A stretch of DNA of 64,000 nucleotides. It comes from Octopus vulgaris (lineage: Eukaryota). Location: the NCBI GenBank assembly GCA_951406725.2, contig OX597817.1, positions 93,496,001-93,560,000 on the forward strand, given 5' to 3'. Shown one piece after another: positions 1 to 13,680 of this stretch. The notes below the pieces were generated by a model. It ran no database searches. It was not told where the DNA came from and saw nothing but the letters and a program-made list of their open reading frames with translations. Within the stretch, counting starts at the first letter, position 1, and each line of letters opens with the position of its first letter. The position numbers and the translations under genes are program-made.

Positions 1-339
1 CTGTATACTCCTAAAAGATGACTGGAACGCTTTTGACCTCAAGTTTTTATGATCAGGGTTGATATGGCGGTGTGGAGGCAGAATTGTTAACACGTAAGGT
101 AAAGTGTTTAGCTGCCTTTCTTCTGGGTTTATGTTTTGAGTTCAAATTCCACCGATGTCGACTTTGTCTTTTGTCCTCTCAGGGTGGATAAGTACCAGTT
201 GAGCACCAGGGTCGATATAATCGACTTACTCCCTCCACCAAATTTTCAAGCCATGTATCTACCGTAGAAACAATAATATTTATTGCTTATGGTTTATCCC
301 ACTAAAAATCTGTATTTATCTATTGACATATATATATAT

Positions 340-1380
340 ATTGGGTTGGCAAGAAAGTAGTTTTGTTTTTTTAGTGTGAAATAAAAGTAATTTTTTTTTT
401 GTACAAAGAATGAACTTTAATCAATTATGTATTTTCCATTTGTTCGATTACCATTTTGCCAACTTTCTGGCAACTGCATAATTCTGTGCTCATAGAACTT
501 CTGGTCCTTATCAGCCAAAAACTGAAGCAAGTGCAATTTCAGGTCATCATCATTATTGAAAGTTTTACCATTCAAAGAATTTTGCAAACTTCGAAATCTG
601 ATAGTGCAAGGTGAGGGCTATTTGGTGGATGTGACATTACTTCCCAACCAAGCTCCAATAATTTTTCATGAGTTAGCAAAGATATGTGTGGTCTAGCATT
701 ATCATGGTAGAACATGATTCCTTTACAATTTGTCAATTCTTTGATTGCTTCCTCCAGTTTCATTAGTTGTTGACAGTAAACATCTGAATTGATCATTTGG
801 TTCCTTGGAAGTAGCTCAAAATACACAGCACCTTTGTAATCCCACCAAATTAACAGCATGACCATTTTTGATGTGGCTTGTGCTGTTTCATTACACTTGG
901 ACCATTACCATTTTCGATTGATGTTATTGTAGACAATCCATTTTTCATCACTAATGATGATTCATTTAAAAAAACGGTCGATTTTATTGTTTGAGATGCA
1001 TATTAGTTTAACACTTGGGAAGTGTTAAGTGAATCTCTTTCAACGTATGTGGAACCCAAATATCAAGCTTCTCATTGAGTCCAAGACAGTTTAAGTGATT
1101 TTCAATTGTGTGTGATACATTTAACCTATCTGCAATCTTTTGCACAGTTATATGACAACCAAATTCAATTATGGCTTTGATTTGGTCGTCTCAACTTCAG
1201 TTGGTTGACCAGAATATTGGTCATCTTTGAGAGAAAAATCTCCAGAACAGAATTTTAAAAATTATTCCTGATATGTGCATTCTGTTAAGCAATCAACACC
1301 ATAAACTTCACATATCTCTTTGTGAGCCTCAGCAGCTTTCTTGCCTTTATGGAAATAAAAAGCAAAATATGGCACTGAAC
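340..1380 (-). mobile_element. Degenerate mariner (DD34D) element
   Basis: ORF 572-865 has MLLIWWDYKG..YFELLP, HDNARPH and HPPNSPHLALSDF; mariner-like end ttgggttggcaa next to TA repeats. Confidence 0.85.
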
Positions 1381-1835
1381 TAACAGCTGTAAACAAAATT
1401 ACGTGCAATTTGCTTCTAAAGTAAGCTAAATATAACAGCTATCAAATGTCAAAAGGAAAAATATCATTACATTGACAAAAGTCATTAAAAAAAAACCTAA
1501 CCATACTTATGTATTTTTTTTCACTATCATCTACTCATTTTAATTTTCTTCTGCTTTTCTGGATTTTTTCCTCTATAGATTGGAATCATTCAGACACTTA
1601 TTTATTCATACATTCTGAATAAAATAAACTTTATTTCTAAATTTATGAAATATGTGCTGGCAAAAATTTTCATCATTAAGCTTGCTTTCCAACCACATGG
1701 TTTCAGGTTCTGTCCCACTGTGTGGCACCTTGGGCAAGCGTTTTCTACCATAGCCTGGGGCTGCCCAAAGCTTTGTGAGTGGATTTGGTTATCAGAAATT
1801 GAAAGAAGCCCATTGTGTGTGTGTGTGTGTGTATA

Positions 1836-1893
<58 letters not shown>

Positions 1894-3569
1894 GAATTCA
1901 CAAAAGACAAAGACAGGTGGTGTAGACAACAAACAGATGTATTAGTTTAATACTTGGGAAGTGAAAAAGTCTTTAATGTTTTGAGCCTACGCTCTTCCAC
2001 AAAGAAACAAAGAGAGAAAATAAAGAATGTGTAGTGGTTAGCAATCTATCATGGCGAATCATATATTTATATATATATATTACATTAGAGGAAAAATCAA
2101 AACCAAAGTAGAATGACTATCTCAAGTCATTTAGAATAATTTAATTTGATTTACCCTAATTCAATTATTCTAAATGATTTAAGATACTCGTTCTGCCTTG
2201 GTTTTGATTTTTCCTCTAATATAATATATACCTGCTATAATGGAACCCTAAAATGGATCCCTAGATCCAGCCTTAGCTGTGATCTTGGAATCTAACAGTC
2301 AACCAACTATATCACTTACCTAGCATATTGTGTGTGTGTATATATATATGTGTGTATATATGTATGTATATATATGTGTGTGTGTGTGTGTTTGTCTCCC
2401 CACTAGTGTTGGTGTGTTTACATCACTAATTTAGTGGCTCAGCAAAGGAGAGCAATAGAATAAGTTCTAGGCTTTAAAAAATAAGTCTGTGGGTGCGATT
2501 TGTTCAACCAAAACCCTTCAAGATGGTGCTCCAGCATGTTAAGCGACTGAAACAAGTAAAAAAAGTTTGTGATTTTCTTTCATATTGTGTTCTATAACTA
2601 ACTTAGCCTCATGGTATCATTGTACTCATGTTAATATATATACACAGTTTATGGTGGTGAGCTGGTAGAATGCATTTTATCTGTCTTTACATTCTGAGTT
2701 CAAATTCCACCAAGGCCAATTTAGCCTTTCATCTTTTTGGTGTTGATGAAATAAATACCAGGTGGGCACTGGAGCTGATGTAATAAACTATCCCCAAAAT
2801 TGCTGGCCTTGTGCCAAAATGAAACCATTATATATACACAGTTATATTCAGCTTCTACTTCAATTTTAATGTTTTATCAATGCTTCTTAAAGTAGGCAGA
2901 AATTTTTATATGGGTATTGAGGACAAAAGAAACAGAGAGAGATGGTGAATGTGTGATGGGGAGGGTGCAGGGCCATACACCCAAGTTACAGAGAGATGTA
3001 TATTGGTAAGTGGCTAAGGGATCTAAGGGATTTCGAAAGGAGAATGAAAGCTAGAAGAGGAGGATGTAATGAGTAAGCACTTGTAGAGGGAGGGGGTATT
3101 AAAAGTATATCCTGTGGAAAAAAGGATTGAACAGGAATATACTGCATGCAGGTAGGTACACGAGGGAGAGTGGAGGGGGTATAATGTTTATTTTATACCT
3201 TTCTAGGTTTCTTGATTTTACTGTTTCATTCACAAATACAATGTGTAGCAAATCTGATATAAAAAATAAACATGACTGATGATGTGCCAATATCCAGTAT
3301 AAATTTTTTTTTAGTTCATGCCTTCTTTAATGATTTTTCCAAAAATTTAACATAGAGTCATTAGCCTGCAATGGATTATTTTAGCAAAATAAGGATAATA
3401 AACCAATATGCAAAATGAGCTTCTGTTTGATTAAAAATACGGTTACCATATGTGCCAACTTGATTGGGGCTATTCCAGTGTCACAATATTGTCCTGGTAT
3501 TCCAGCCCATTTGAAATCCTTCTCTGTTCTTATTCATTCAATTATGTTGTGTGTGTGTATATACTAAAA

Positions 3570-3882
3570 TACAGAGTTATTCAAAAAGAATGAACCAATT
3601 TCATTATGCAATATTTTAATAAGAAAAGCAATAGAAAACTCCAGCTAAGTCATAAGTATTTTCTCACAATCAACTTTTATTTCCTGTCTTACAAGTATTC
3701 AATGTGGCCACCACCTGCAGCATGGGCAACATCAATGCAATAAGAGAATTCCTCCCAGACGCATATCACGATCCACCGAGTTGATCACTTTTGTTATTTG
3801 ATGTTTAAGGTCATCAGGGTTAGTGGGTAGTGGTGGAACAGAAACATGATCTTTTTATATATCCCCACAAGAAAAAAATCAT
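3570..3882 (-). mobile_element. Tc1/mariner 3' fragment
   Basis: Minus strand translates to ...FLWGYIKDHVSVPPLPTNPDDLKHQIT; terminus tacag.gttattcaaaa. Confidence 0.6.
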
Positions 3883-4114
3883 TTTTCTACTCCAGGCACA
3901 AAGCCTGAAAAGCAACTGGTACTTAATTTATCAACCCCAAAAGGATGAAAGGCAAAGTCGATCTCGACGGAATTTTTTCAGAACATAAAGACAGATGAAA
4001 TACAGCTAAGCATTTAACCCAGTATGCTAATGTTTCTGCCAGCTTGCTGCCTTGAAAGCTTAAATAAATAAATAAAATGGAAGAATATATAAATATATAT
4101 ATATATAAAATATA

Positions 4115-4942
4115 CGAGGTGTAATCAAAAAGTATCTGACCTTTGGCCAAAAAACAAGTAGTATTAAAAAACTTACCATTTTGATTTAGTCTCCTTCAAA
4201 GTATTTGCCTTGGGAGTCTACACACTTCTGATAGCATTCCTGCCACTGCAGGAAACATTCTGGAAACCACTTTTGGGGATGCTGTAGAGCTGTGCTGTTG
4301 AATTTTGCTTAATGTCCTCTGTTGACTCAAATATTCTCCCTTTGCATGTTTTTTTCTTAGCTTTGGGAATAGCCAAAAGTCACATGGAGCCAAATCTGGG
4401 GAGTAGGAAGCCTGACGAACAAGTGGTGTCTTTTGCTTGGACAACATGGGCAGATTCCCATGTCTGATTCCAACTTCAGCAACAATCTCCTCAATAGTCA
4501 CATGACAGTCTTCATAGACTATCCCTCAAACCTTTGCAATCATTTTGCCATTTCTGCTAGTCAATGGTCTGCTACAATATGGCTCACTGTCCACAGAGGT
4601 GCGGCCATCTTTGAACCAGTTGTACCACTCCTTTATTTGAGTTTTTCCCAAAGGCCTTCTGAATCTTCTCCATAGTCTGGGCTTGCTTATCACCAAGTTT
4701 TTGGCAGAATTTGATACAGTATCTTTGTTCAATACACTTGGTCATCTTGACTCCAAAAAGAAATATTGCACAGCACACTCTTCATTTCTGTACTTGACAC
4801 ATCATTGTGAGTGACTGACGCAACCTAGACATGAAAAGTTTTGCACATGCTGAGGAAGGATGTGGCCACTCATGTAGATTTTGCTCACGTTATTATTTTG
4901 TGCCCAAAAAATCAAAGTTGGATACTTTTTGACTACACCTCA
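4115..4942 (-). mobile_element. Internally deleted mariner with both TIRs
   Basis: TIRs cgaggtgtaatcaaaaagtatc / gatactttttgactacacctca flanked by TA; EQRYCIKFC, WYNWFKDGR and YSPDLAPCDFWLFPKL fragments. Confidence 0.9.
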
Positions 4943-5516
4943 TATATGTATTTATATAATCTTTCATCTTTTACTTGTTTCACTCATTAGACTGTGGCCA
5001 TGCTGGGCACTGCCAAGACAAATTTTAGTCAAATGAATCAATTCCAGGACTTATTTCTTTTAAAGCCTGCTACTTATTCTCTCAGTTTCCATCTACCAAA
5101 TCCACCCATAAAGGTTTGGTCAGCCCGAGGCTACAGAAGATAAAGGCATGGCTGTGTGGTAAGAAGCTTGCTTCCCAACTGCATGGCACCTAGGGTAAAA
5201 GTCTCCTACTATAGCTCCAGGCCAACCAAAGCCTTGTGAGTGTATTTGGTAGATGGAAACTGGAAAAAAGCCCGTTGTGTGTGTATATATATTTGTGTGT
5301 GTGTTTGTCCCCCGCCCCGCCATTGCTTGATAACCGATGGTGGTGTGTTTATGTCCCAGTAACTTAGCGGTTCGACAAAAGAGGCCGATAAAATGAGTAC
5401 TAGGTTAACAAAGAATAAATTCTGGGGTCGATTTCTTCGACTAACACCCTTTAAGACAGTGCTCCAGCATGGCCGCAGTCAACTGACTGAAACAAGAATA
5501 TATATATAACGTAATA

Positions 5517-5698
5517 CAGAAATCCCTCGCCATATCGTGGTTTATTATTTAGGTTTATGTCGATTCCTCTTTATAATAAAATTCTTATCATATTATAAAA
5601 ATAAATATACAGTACAGTAACTGTTTCTATTTCGCGGATTTTCACCTATCGCAGAGTTTTTTTGGAACGTAGCACCCGTGATAGTCGAGGAATTACTG
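5517..5698. mobile_element. pogo/Tigger-like MITE
   Basis: TA-flanked ends cagaaatccctcg / cgaggaattactg. Confidence 0.6.
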
Positions 5699-5699
5699 T

Positions 5700-7800
5700 A
5701 CACGCATCAGTAATGGAATGTGTTTTTTTCATAAACACTATTTTCGAAAGCCATTCTTAACCGGATCTGACCGATGTTGCTATCAATCTGTACCGTTGAG
5801 TTCATGGTAAACTACCAGTTCGTCATTTCTGTTTTGTTTTAAACACGTTGTTTTATACTTTACTGAATATAGTCTTTATTACACCACTATGTGAGTTTTA
5901 CTACTTTCATTTACTTTATAACTATAAAACCATTTATATGCCTTGTTAATTTTTTAATATTTCCATTTATATTTTTCTTTGCGTCATATTTTGCCTTTCT
6001 ATGTGGTTTGATAGTGTGTAGTTTTAACCTTTCAGAATCCGGTATTTTTGTTTTGGTGCTCGCCCTAATGTTTTCAGTTGAAAATACTTTATTGATAAAT
6101 TAAATGGAGAATATTATCAAGAAATTATTGAAACTATAAAATATGGAGAAATTATTTATAAAGTACGACTATTACAGCGTGTAATGTAAGCAAACGCGTT
6201 ATACCAGCAACGAACTTAGTTTGAGTCTCGGTTCAGTTTCCTAGTTATGACTATTTTACTTTACATCTGGAAGCTGTTATTTGATTTGTCAGAAAGTCAC
6301 AATGAAATTACCAAAACAGTAAACAAATCGCCCTCAAATAACATCCAACTCTCTTAAATAGGACCGTGTAGTAATTGACACACTCGTAAACATGGCTAGA
6401 ATGACTTTGATCATAGTTCTGCTCTATCAAGGTTGACCAGATGCTAATCCATTAGGCCTGAATGTCACAACTGTCTTATTTCAAACGTGAAACAGTTGAT
6501 TAGTCGAAACATGTCCATTATTTAAAACTCAGCTACTACCAGCTTCTATTTTTCCTTTTCGTTCTTTCATTCATTGATATTCAGGCGAAAGTAAAGAATA
6601 CGCACACCCGGTGTTTTAAGTTTAGGGATTTTGTTACGCCGAAAATGGGTAGTGTTCGTATTCTTTACCTCCGCCGATGTTTAATTAAGAATATTTCAAG
6701 TAACTATCGTCTTCAAGTAATTAAATGCAAAACTTGAAACTATATATGACGGCGATTTGTATAAAGATCGAAGACGTTCCACTTATGACCAACCCGTCTT
6801 ATTTAAGGATATCATAGACTACATTATCTAATGCACCCTTCTTCATTCAAGAGAAATTTGGCTGTTATTTCTAACGTCTTGACCGACAACGTAGTAATTA
6901 CCTGTTTTGATTAGAGAATATTGTTAATTTCATGCGACAGACTGACGCATAAGTTTAGAACGAATGAAGTCTCTATATATTAACTGGAATTCAAAAACAT
7001 GTGGGTATGTGTAAGTAAAGCTAAGAGAAATAACTCAAAGTGACCAGTGGCATATATAATGTTTGAGTCTGCGTGAATGAATGTTTGCATCATGTGCTTC
7101 ACATGAATTATTATCACAACTTCCGGTTCAGCATTTTTTTTCAGCCATGTGCTTCCCGGTGTATCACTCACTCTATACTTCTAAAGATATGAAAATCATC
7201 AGATAAACTATTTGTCGACGTTTACTCGGTGGGTATTTTATTGTATATATATATTCGGTTAATTAAAAGCTTTCGATTATTTTGTGTGGCAATTATGAAG
7301 TAGGAATTATGTATTATAAAATAAATGGATACGCACACAGAATAATGTGAGCCCCTCCCCATCGAGGGATTACTTGTTTCGTGTGGTATCCCTCGCATCT
7401 CAATATTTACATTTTAAAATCCAGTTGATGCACTCCATTCCAGCTGTTATTGCTCTATACCCGTTAAGATCGAAGTGACCAATACGTGGTAGTTAGTGAC
7501 TTGCAGGGGACACTTTCCACTGCACCGTGCCATCATGTTGTCGTCATATGGTATATAAAGTATCTCAATGGCCCCGAATGCGATATTTAAGTTTAATTTT
7601 GAATCGGTGCAAGGGAGGGAAGAAAACTACGAAAGATCCAGGCGATGTTTCGTTTAATGACGCAGAAAGTGAAATCTATGAAGTCGGCAGAGATTGTCAT
7701 TTGCGGGAAACTCGAAAGCGAATGCATTATTTTCTTCGAACTAATAAAATTGACACAAAGCTAATATTACAGAATGGTCTGTATAAAATTCATCATTTTG
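5700..7800. promoter_or_regulatory. CpG-enriched putative (possibly bidirectional) promoter / first-exon region
   Basis: Visibly more CpG than the CpG-depleted introns; ETS-like ACTTCCGGT at 7119-7127; lies upstream of an acceptor-preceded RCC1L start codon. Confidence 0.5.
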
Positions 7801-7971
7801 TAAAATGCTTTTGATATATTTTATTATATTTTTAAAAATAATAAAGTACAAGAATTAGACACGATAAAACTATCGAAGGTAGTATACTAATATAAAAAGC
7901 TTTACAAGTTGAGAAAAAGAATCTTATTATCTAACTCTGATAATGCCTGCATACACCATGCGGATCTTTTT

Positions 7972-8726
7972 GATTTAGAAAATAATTTTTTTGTAACTAA
8001 ACACTTTCAAACTTCGTATACTGGTAGAATGTGTCACATGAAACATCTTTTTCTCTTAGCGTTTTTGAGAAAACTTTATATTTACGAAGTTATTTCGTGT
8101 TAAAGTTCTCGTATTTCGGTAATTTCAACCAATCCCTGACGTGTAGCTGAATAAAATTACTGCCGTTGTTTGTCAATGACAACTATTGGCAGTGTATATT
8201 TCATTTGTCACTGTTATTTATGAAATCGTTCGTGCTTTTGTACTGGTTTTAGGTTTTAGGGTTAGAGTTACGGAAAAACATGAAAAGTGAAGAAATTGGA
8301 GGGGTAGGGGAAGGGGGGGGTCAAAAATGTCTTTCCGGAAATAGTAGCTAAAAAACTGGAAAAAAAACTAAAAGCAGTAGAAATGCACGAACGATTATGG
8401 TGGTGCCATGAAGTAAATATGCTTCAGACACACTCATTTATTTATACAAACATAACTGAGATGAAATATGTCATAAATAACAGTGACAAACGAAATATAC
8501 ACCGCCGGAAGTTGTTGTTGACAAACAACGGCAGTAATTTTATTCAGCTGAATACGCGTCATTGATTGGTTGAAATTACCGAAATACGACAACTTTAACG
8601 TGAAATAACTTTGTAAATATAAAGTTTTCTCAAAAATGCTAAGAGTAAAAGATGTTTTATGTGACACTTTCTACCAGTAAACGAAGTTTGAAAGTGTTTA
8701 GTTACAAAAAAATTATTTTCTAAATC
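7972..8726. mobile_element. Foldback / long-TIR non-coding element
   Basis: Arms of about 250 bp (7972-8223 and 8471-8726) are reverse complements; the spacer carries ttaggg-like repeats. Confidence 0.8.
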
Positions 8727-9887
8727 TATCGGTCAAAGGGTAAAGATGCCTCTAAGCTTTTCCATCTGAACATGTGTAACGATTTACCAAACACATTTGG
8801 GTTAATGTTGACATTACCTGGAAACGAAATCAAAAAAAAAAAAGTGCAACAGGTGTAAAAAAAAAGGTGTAGAAAACGAATCTGAAAACAAAAATATGCA
8901 GAGAGCAATGGGGGTGGGGAGAGGCCTTCGGAAAATGCACAAGATCCGATGTTTTTCCTTCATAGCTTTTATGAAATTGGATCTTTTTTTTAATGAAATT
9001 TTATATAAATACCTTTCAAATGGTATAGATTACGATTATAAAGAAATTTGTGGAAAAAATCTTTTCCGAGGGGATGGGGAGAGGACTTCGGAAAATTCAC
9101 AAAATCCGATGGTTTCCCTCCTAACTTTGAGGAAAATGGATATCTTTCTACTTCACACCAACGTAGGAAACGAATCTGAAAACCAAAACGCGTGGAAAGC
9201 AATGATGGGTGGGTGTAATTCAGAAAATTCTCAAGATTCACAAGATCTGAGTTTTTCCCTCATAACTTTGAAGAAAATGGATATCTTTTAATGAAATTGT
9301 ATATAAATGCCTTTTAATTGGCATGCGTTATGGATGCCTAATGTACTGCAAACCCCTTATTTTTCTTCTGAAAAAGAGTGAAGAGAAAACCAGAATTATT
9401 GGAAAATATTTTTCTTTTTTTTGATGAATGAATTACAGTGACCTAATATGCCACAAAACTCTTTTTTGTCCGGAAAACGGGGGTTGTTTCTTTAAAATTT
9501 CGTTTTTTTACAAGTGTACCATTATAAAAATTAGTGAAGTTTGGACAGGAGAGAGAAAGAATGGTACAAAATCCGTATAAAAACCATGTTAGAGAAAGAA
9601 TGATACAAAATCCTTATAAAAACCATGTTAGTGTTTGTGTGTGTGAAACAAAGTATTATATTAAAACAAAATATCTTTTACATACCTCTTAAAAATGACT
9701 AGTTTTCAAATGGTATCCAGTGTTTTCACTTTCCTTTAGCAATTTTAATCAGGTAAACTAATATGTTTGAATTTTGTGTGGAAAGAGGGAGAGAGACACA
9801 CACATGTAATATACTTTGTGTCGCTAAACTTCCAATGGCATAACAATGTCATGGGTCAAATGAAGCGAGTAAGTGATTTCATATATA

Positions 9888-9934
<47 letters not shown>

Positions 9935-9955
9935 ATAAAAATATATATATATGTA

Positions 9956-10643
9956 TCATCATCATTGTCGTTTAACATCCACTTTCCATGCTGGCATGGG
10001 TTGGACAGTTTGATTGAGTGCTGGTAAGCCGGAAGACTGCACCAGGCTCCAATCCGATCTGGCAATGTTTCTACTGCTGGATGCCTTCCTAACACCAACT
10101 GTTCCAAGAGTGTAGTGGATGCTTTTTATGTGGCATGAGGGCCAATCAGCCGGTACTGGCATCAACCATGCTTGAATGGTGCTTTTTACATGCCACTGGC
10201 ACGGGAGTCTGTCAGGCGGCACCGGCATCAACCACACTCAAATGGTGCTTTTTATGTGCCACCGGCATTGGTGCCAATCAGGCTGTTTTGTCATCACCCA
10301 CATCAAGGACTTCACTTGCCTCAACAGGTCTTCACAAGCACAGTTTATTGCCCAATGATTGAAGGGTACCCTTAAATGGGTTGGTTATGCTGCACTGGCA
10401 TAGTTACTGTCTCACTTGGTTTGCCATTTCTTCTCAAGCAGAGTATATCTCCAAAGGTCTCAGTCACTTGTCATTGTCTCAGTGAGGCCCAATGTTCGAA
10501 GGTTGTGCTTCGACACATCCCAGGTCTTCCTGGGTCTGCCTCTTCCACAGGTTCCCTCTACTGCTAGGGTGTGACACTTTTTCACACAGCTGTCCTCATC
10601 CATATGCAACACATGACCATACCATCGCAGTCATCTCTCTTGC
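9956..10643 (-). mobile_element. RTE-clade LINE 3' fragment
   Basis: (cat)n tail on the + strand, 3'UTR shared with the other copies, GRPRKTWD-type C-terminus. Confidence 0.85.
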
Positions 10644-11503
10644 ATATATGTGTGTGTGTGTGTATATATATGTATAGTAGAAGTAAGGACCTGAGCCCTT
10701 CAAAAGGAAGTTCCTGAGGAAAAGTCTAATTTGTGATTTCAAAAGTGTTATATTTTCCTCAAAGTTATGAGGGAATTTTCCGAAGTCCTCTCCCCACATC
10801 CTTGGAAAAGATTTTCCTCACAGATTTCTTTATAATCATAATCTATATTGTTTGAAAGGTATTTATATAAAATTTCTTTTAAAAAAAACCCCATTTTCCT
10901 AAAAGTTATGAGGGCAAAACATCTAACAAATCAGTGGATGACTATATACAAGCCCCTTTGTTTCCAGTAGATGCTACAGCTTCTCAAACATCTCAATGCT
11001 TTCATTACTCTAACTGATATAATTTTCACTATGGTTACCTCATAGGATAATCCTATACAACTGTAGTTTTCACAATAGTTACATTATTGGTTAGTCTTAT
11101 ACAGCTATGTAAGACTATAAGATTATAGGCCTTAGAACCTCTATGGCCACTGAAACTATTAACCCAACTTTCAAAATACTTACCTATTGTATAGGTACTT
11201 GTTGCCTTGGCCATCCATGCTATTTCAAGGAGGATTCATCTCCATAGTACTATAGAAGATGCAGTTAAATATCAACCGCATGAAGTCCTGAAGTTAGGAA
11301 AAAATTAACTTATTATCTAGAAAGTCATTATACAACAATTACTGTAAGAATTTAACTCTTGCTCTGTATACTCAGTAGTTCAATACCTTAACCACACTTT
11401 CAGAGGGGGAAATTTCAAACATTCATCATCCATAGTACTTTGTGTGTGTGTGCGCGTGCACGTGCATATGTGTGTGTGTATGTATGTATGTATATGAATG
11501 TAT

Positions 11504-12762
11504 CATGGTCCTCCAGGCAATAACAGAACTCCTTTCTGCTGATGACCTTGCTCTAATAGCTGTGTCACTATCAGAACTAGAGGAGAAGTTTCAGGTGTGG
11601 AAGCAAGGTCTAGAATCAAAGAGCCTTAGAGTCAATCTAGCAAAAACCAAAGTCTTTGTAAGTAGGAAGGTAGACAAATCACAAATCCCTTCAGGTAGAT
11701 GGCCCTGCTCAGGCTGTAGAAGAGGCATAGGTAGAAACTCCATAAGATGTATCCAATATAAGCTATGGACACATACAAGGTGCAGCAATATCAAAGGAAG
11801 GTTAACTGAGAAGATAGTTTTTGTGTGTGGCAGATGTACAGGAGCAATAAACACTGAAAATGTGCAGAAAACAACTTCCTTCACATGCCAGGGAGAAAAA
11901 CTAGAAGCATTTGATAGCTTCCGTTATCTAGGTGACCAAGTCAGTAGCTGGGGTGAATGCTCTGAGAGTGTAGCTGCTAGAATAAGAATAGCCTGGACAA
12001 AGTTCAGAGAACTACCACTGCTGGTAACAAAGGGCCCCTCACTCAGGTTGAAAGGCAGACTGTATGACGCATGTGTGCTAACTGCCATGCTACATGGCAG
12101 TGAAAGATGGGTTGTGACTGCTGAGGACTTGCATAAGCTTGCAAGAAATGAAGCTAGTAAGCTCTGCTGGATGTGTAATATCAGTTTGCATACACAACAG
12201 TGTAAGCACCCTGAGAGAAAAGTTAGATCTAAGAAGCATCAAGTGTGGTGTGCAAGAAAGATGACTGCGCTGGTCATGTGTTGCATATGGATGAGAACAG
12301 CTGTGTGAGAAAGTGTTACACCCTAACAGTGGAGGGAACCAGGAAGAGCTGGGATGAGGTGATGAAGCACAACCTTCAAATATTGGGGCTCACGGAGGCA
12401 ATGACTAGTGACTGAGACCTTTGGAGATATGCTGTGTTTGAGAAGACCCAGCAAACCAAGTGAGACCATAAATGTGGCCTATGCCAGTGTCGCATAACTG
12501 GCCCATTGGGCAATATACTGTGCTTAAGAAGACCTGTTGAGTCAAGTGAAATCATTGTCATAGCCAATGCCAGTATCGCCTGACTGGCACCCATGCCGGT
12601 GGCATGTAAAAAAGCACCCACTGCACTCTCGGGGTGGTTGGCATTAGGAAGGGCATCCAGCTGTAGTAACCTTGCCAGATCAGATTGGAGCCTGGTGCAG
12701 CCTCCTGGCTTGCCACTCCTCAGTCAAACCATCCAACCCATGCCAGCATGGAAAGCAAATGT
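11504..12762 (+). mobile_element. 5'-truncated RTE LINE (end of RT, Cys-rich insert, 3'UTR)
   Basis: ORF 11442-12308: LLSADDLALIA, NLAKTKV, FRYLGD, RLYDACV..AMLHGSE.W. Confidence 0.9.
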
Positions 12763-13011
12763 TTTATATATATATAAACTTTCCCTTTATATATATATAT
12801 AATATATGTATATGTATATATATATAGTTTACAGATGAGATCCAAATATTCTCTGTATAGAAGATACTTAGTAGTGCTCAGAAGATTAAAACTTAGACTT
12901 TGATGTCTTTATAGGGGATCATTCCACAAGATAAAGAAAGGCTATAAGAGGGATCAGGTTGAGCAGGTATAGAAGCAATTATGGGGATAAGCAAATTAGA
13001 TACATCAAATA

Positions 13012-13680
13012 TCATCATCATCATCATTTAATGTCTGCTTTCCATGCTGGCATGGGTTGGACGGTTTGACTGAGGACTGGCAAACCAGATGGCTGCACCA
13101 GGCTCCAATCTGATTTGGCAGAGTTTCTACAGCAGGATGCCCTTCCTAGCGCCAACCACTCTGAGAGTGTAGTGGGTGCTTTTATGTGCCACCGGCACAA
13201 GGATCAGTCGGGCAGTATTGGCAATAGCCACTCTCAAATGGTGTTTTTTACGTGTCACCTGCACAGGAACCAGTCCAGCAGCACTGACAACAACACCACT
13301 CAAATGTTGTTTTTCACGTGACACCCACACAAGTGCCAGTAAGGCGATGCTGGTAACGATCATGCTCGAATGGTGCTTTTTACATGCCACCGGCACGGGA
13401 GCCAGTCAGCGGCCTTGGCAACGATCATGCTCGGATGGTGCTCTTAGCATTCTACTAGCATGGATGCCAGTCAGGCGGTGCTGTCAGCAAATTTGATTTT
13501 GATTTCACTTGTCTCAACAGGTCTTCGCAAGCAGAGTTTAGTGTCCAGTGAAGGAAAGGTATGCATAAGTGGGCTGGTTACACTACTGGCATAGGCCATG
13601 TGATCTTACTTGGCTTGCTGGGTCTTCTCAAGCACAGCATATTTCCAAAGTCTCGGTCACTAGTCATTGCCTCGGTGAAG
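13012..13680 (-). mobile_element. RTE LINE 3'UTR fragment
   Basis: Reverse complement of the RTE 3' end, with (cat)n tail and tandem subrepeats. Confidence 0.85.

Noticed and set aside
7527-7814. 95-aa ORF in the promoter zone as RCC1L first coding exon
   Set aside because: Non-ATG start and no RCC1 similarity; splicing from the candidate donor at 7551 puts the ATG at 7535 out of frame with exon 14911.
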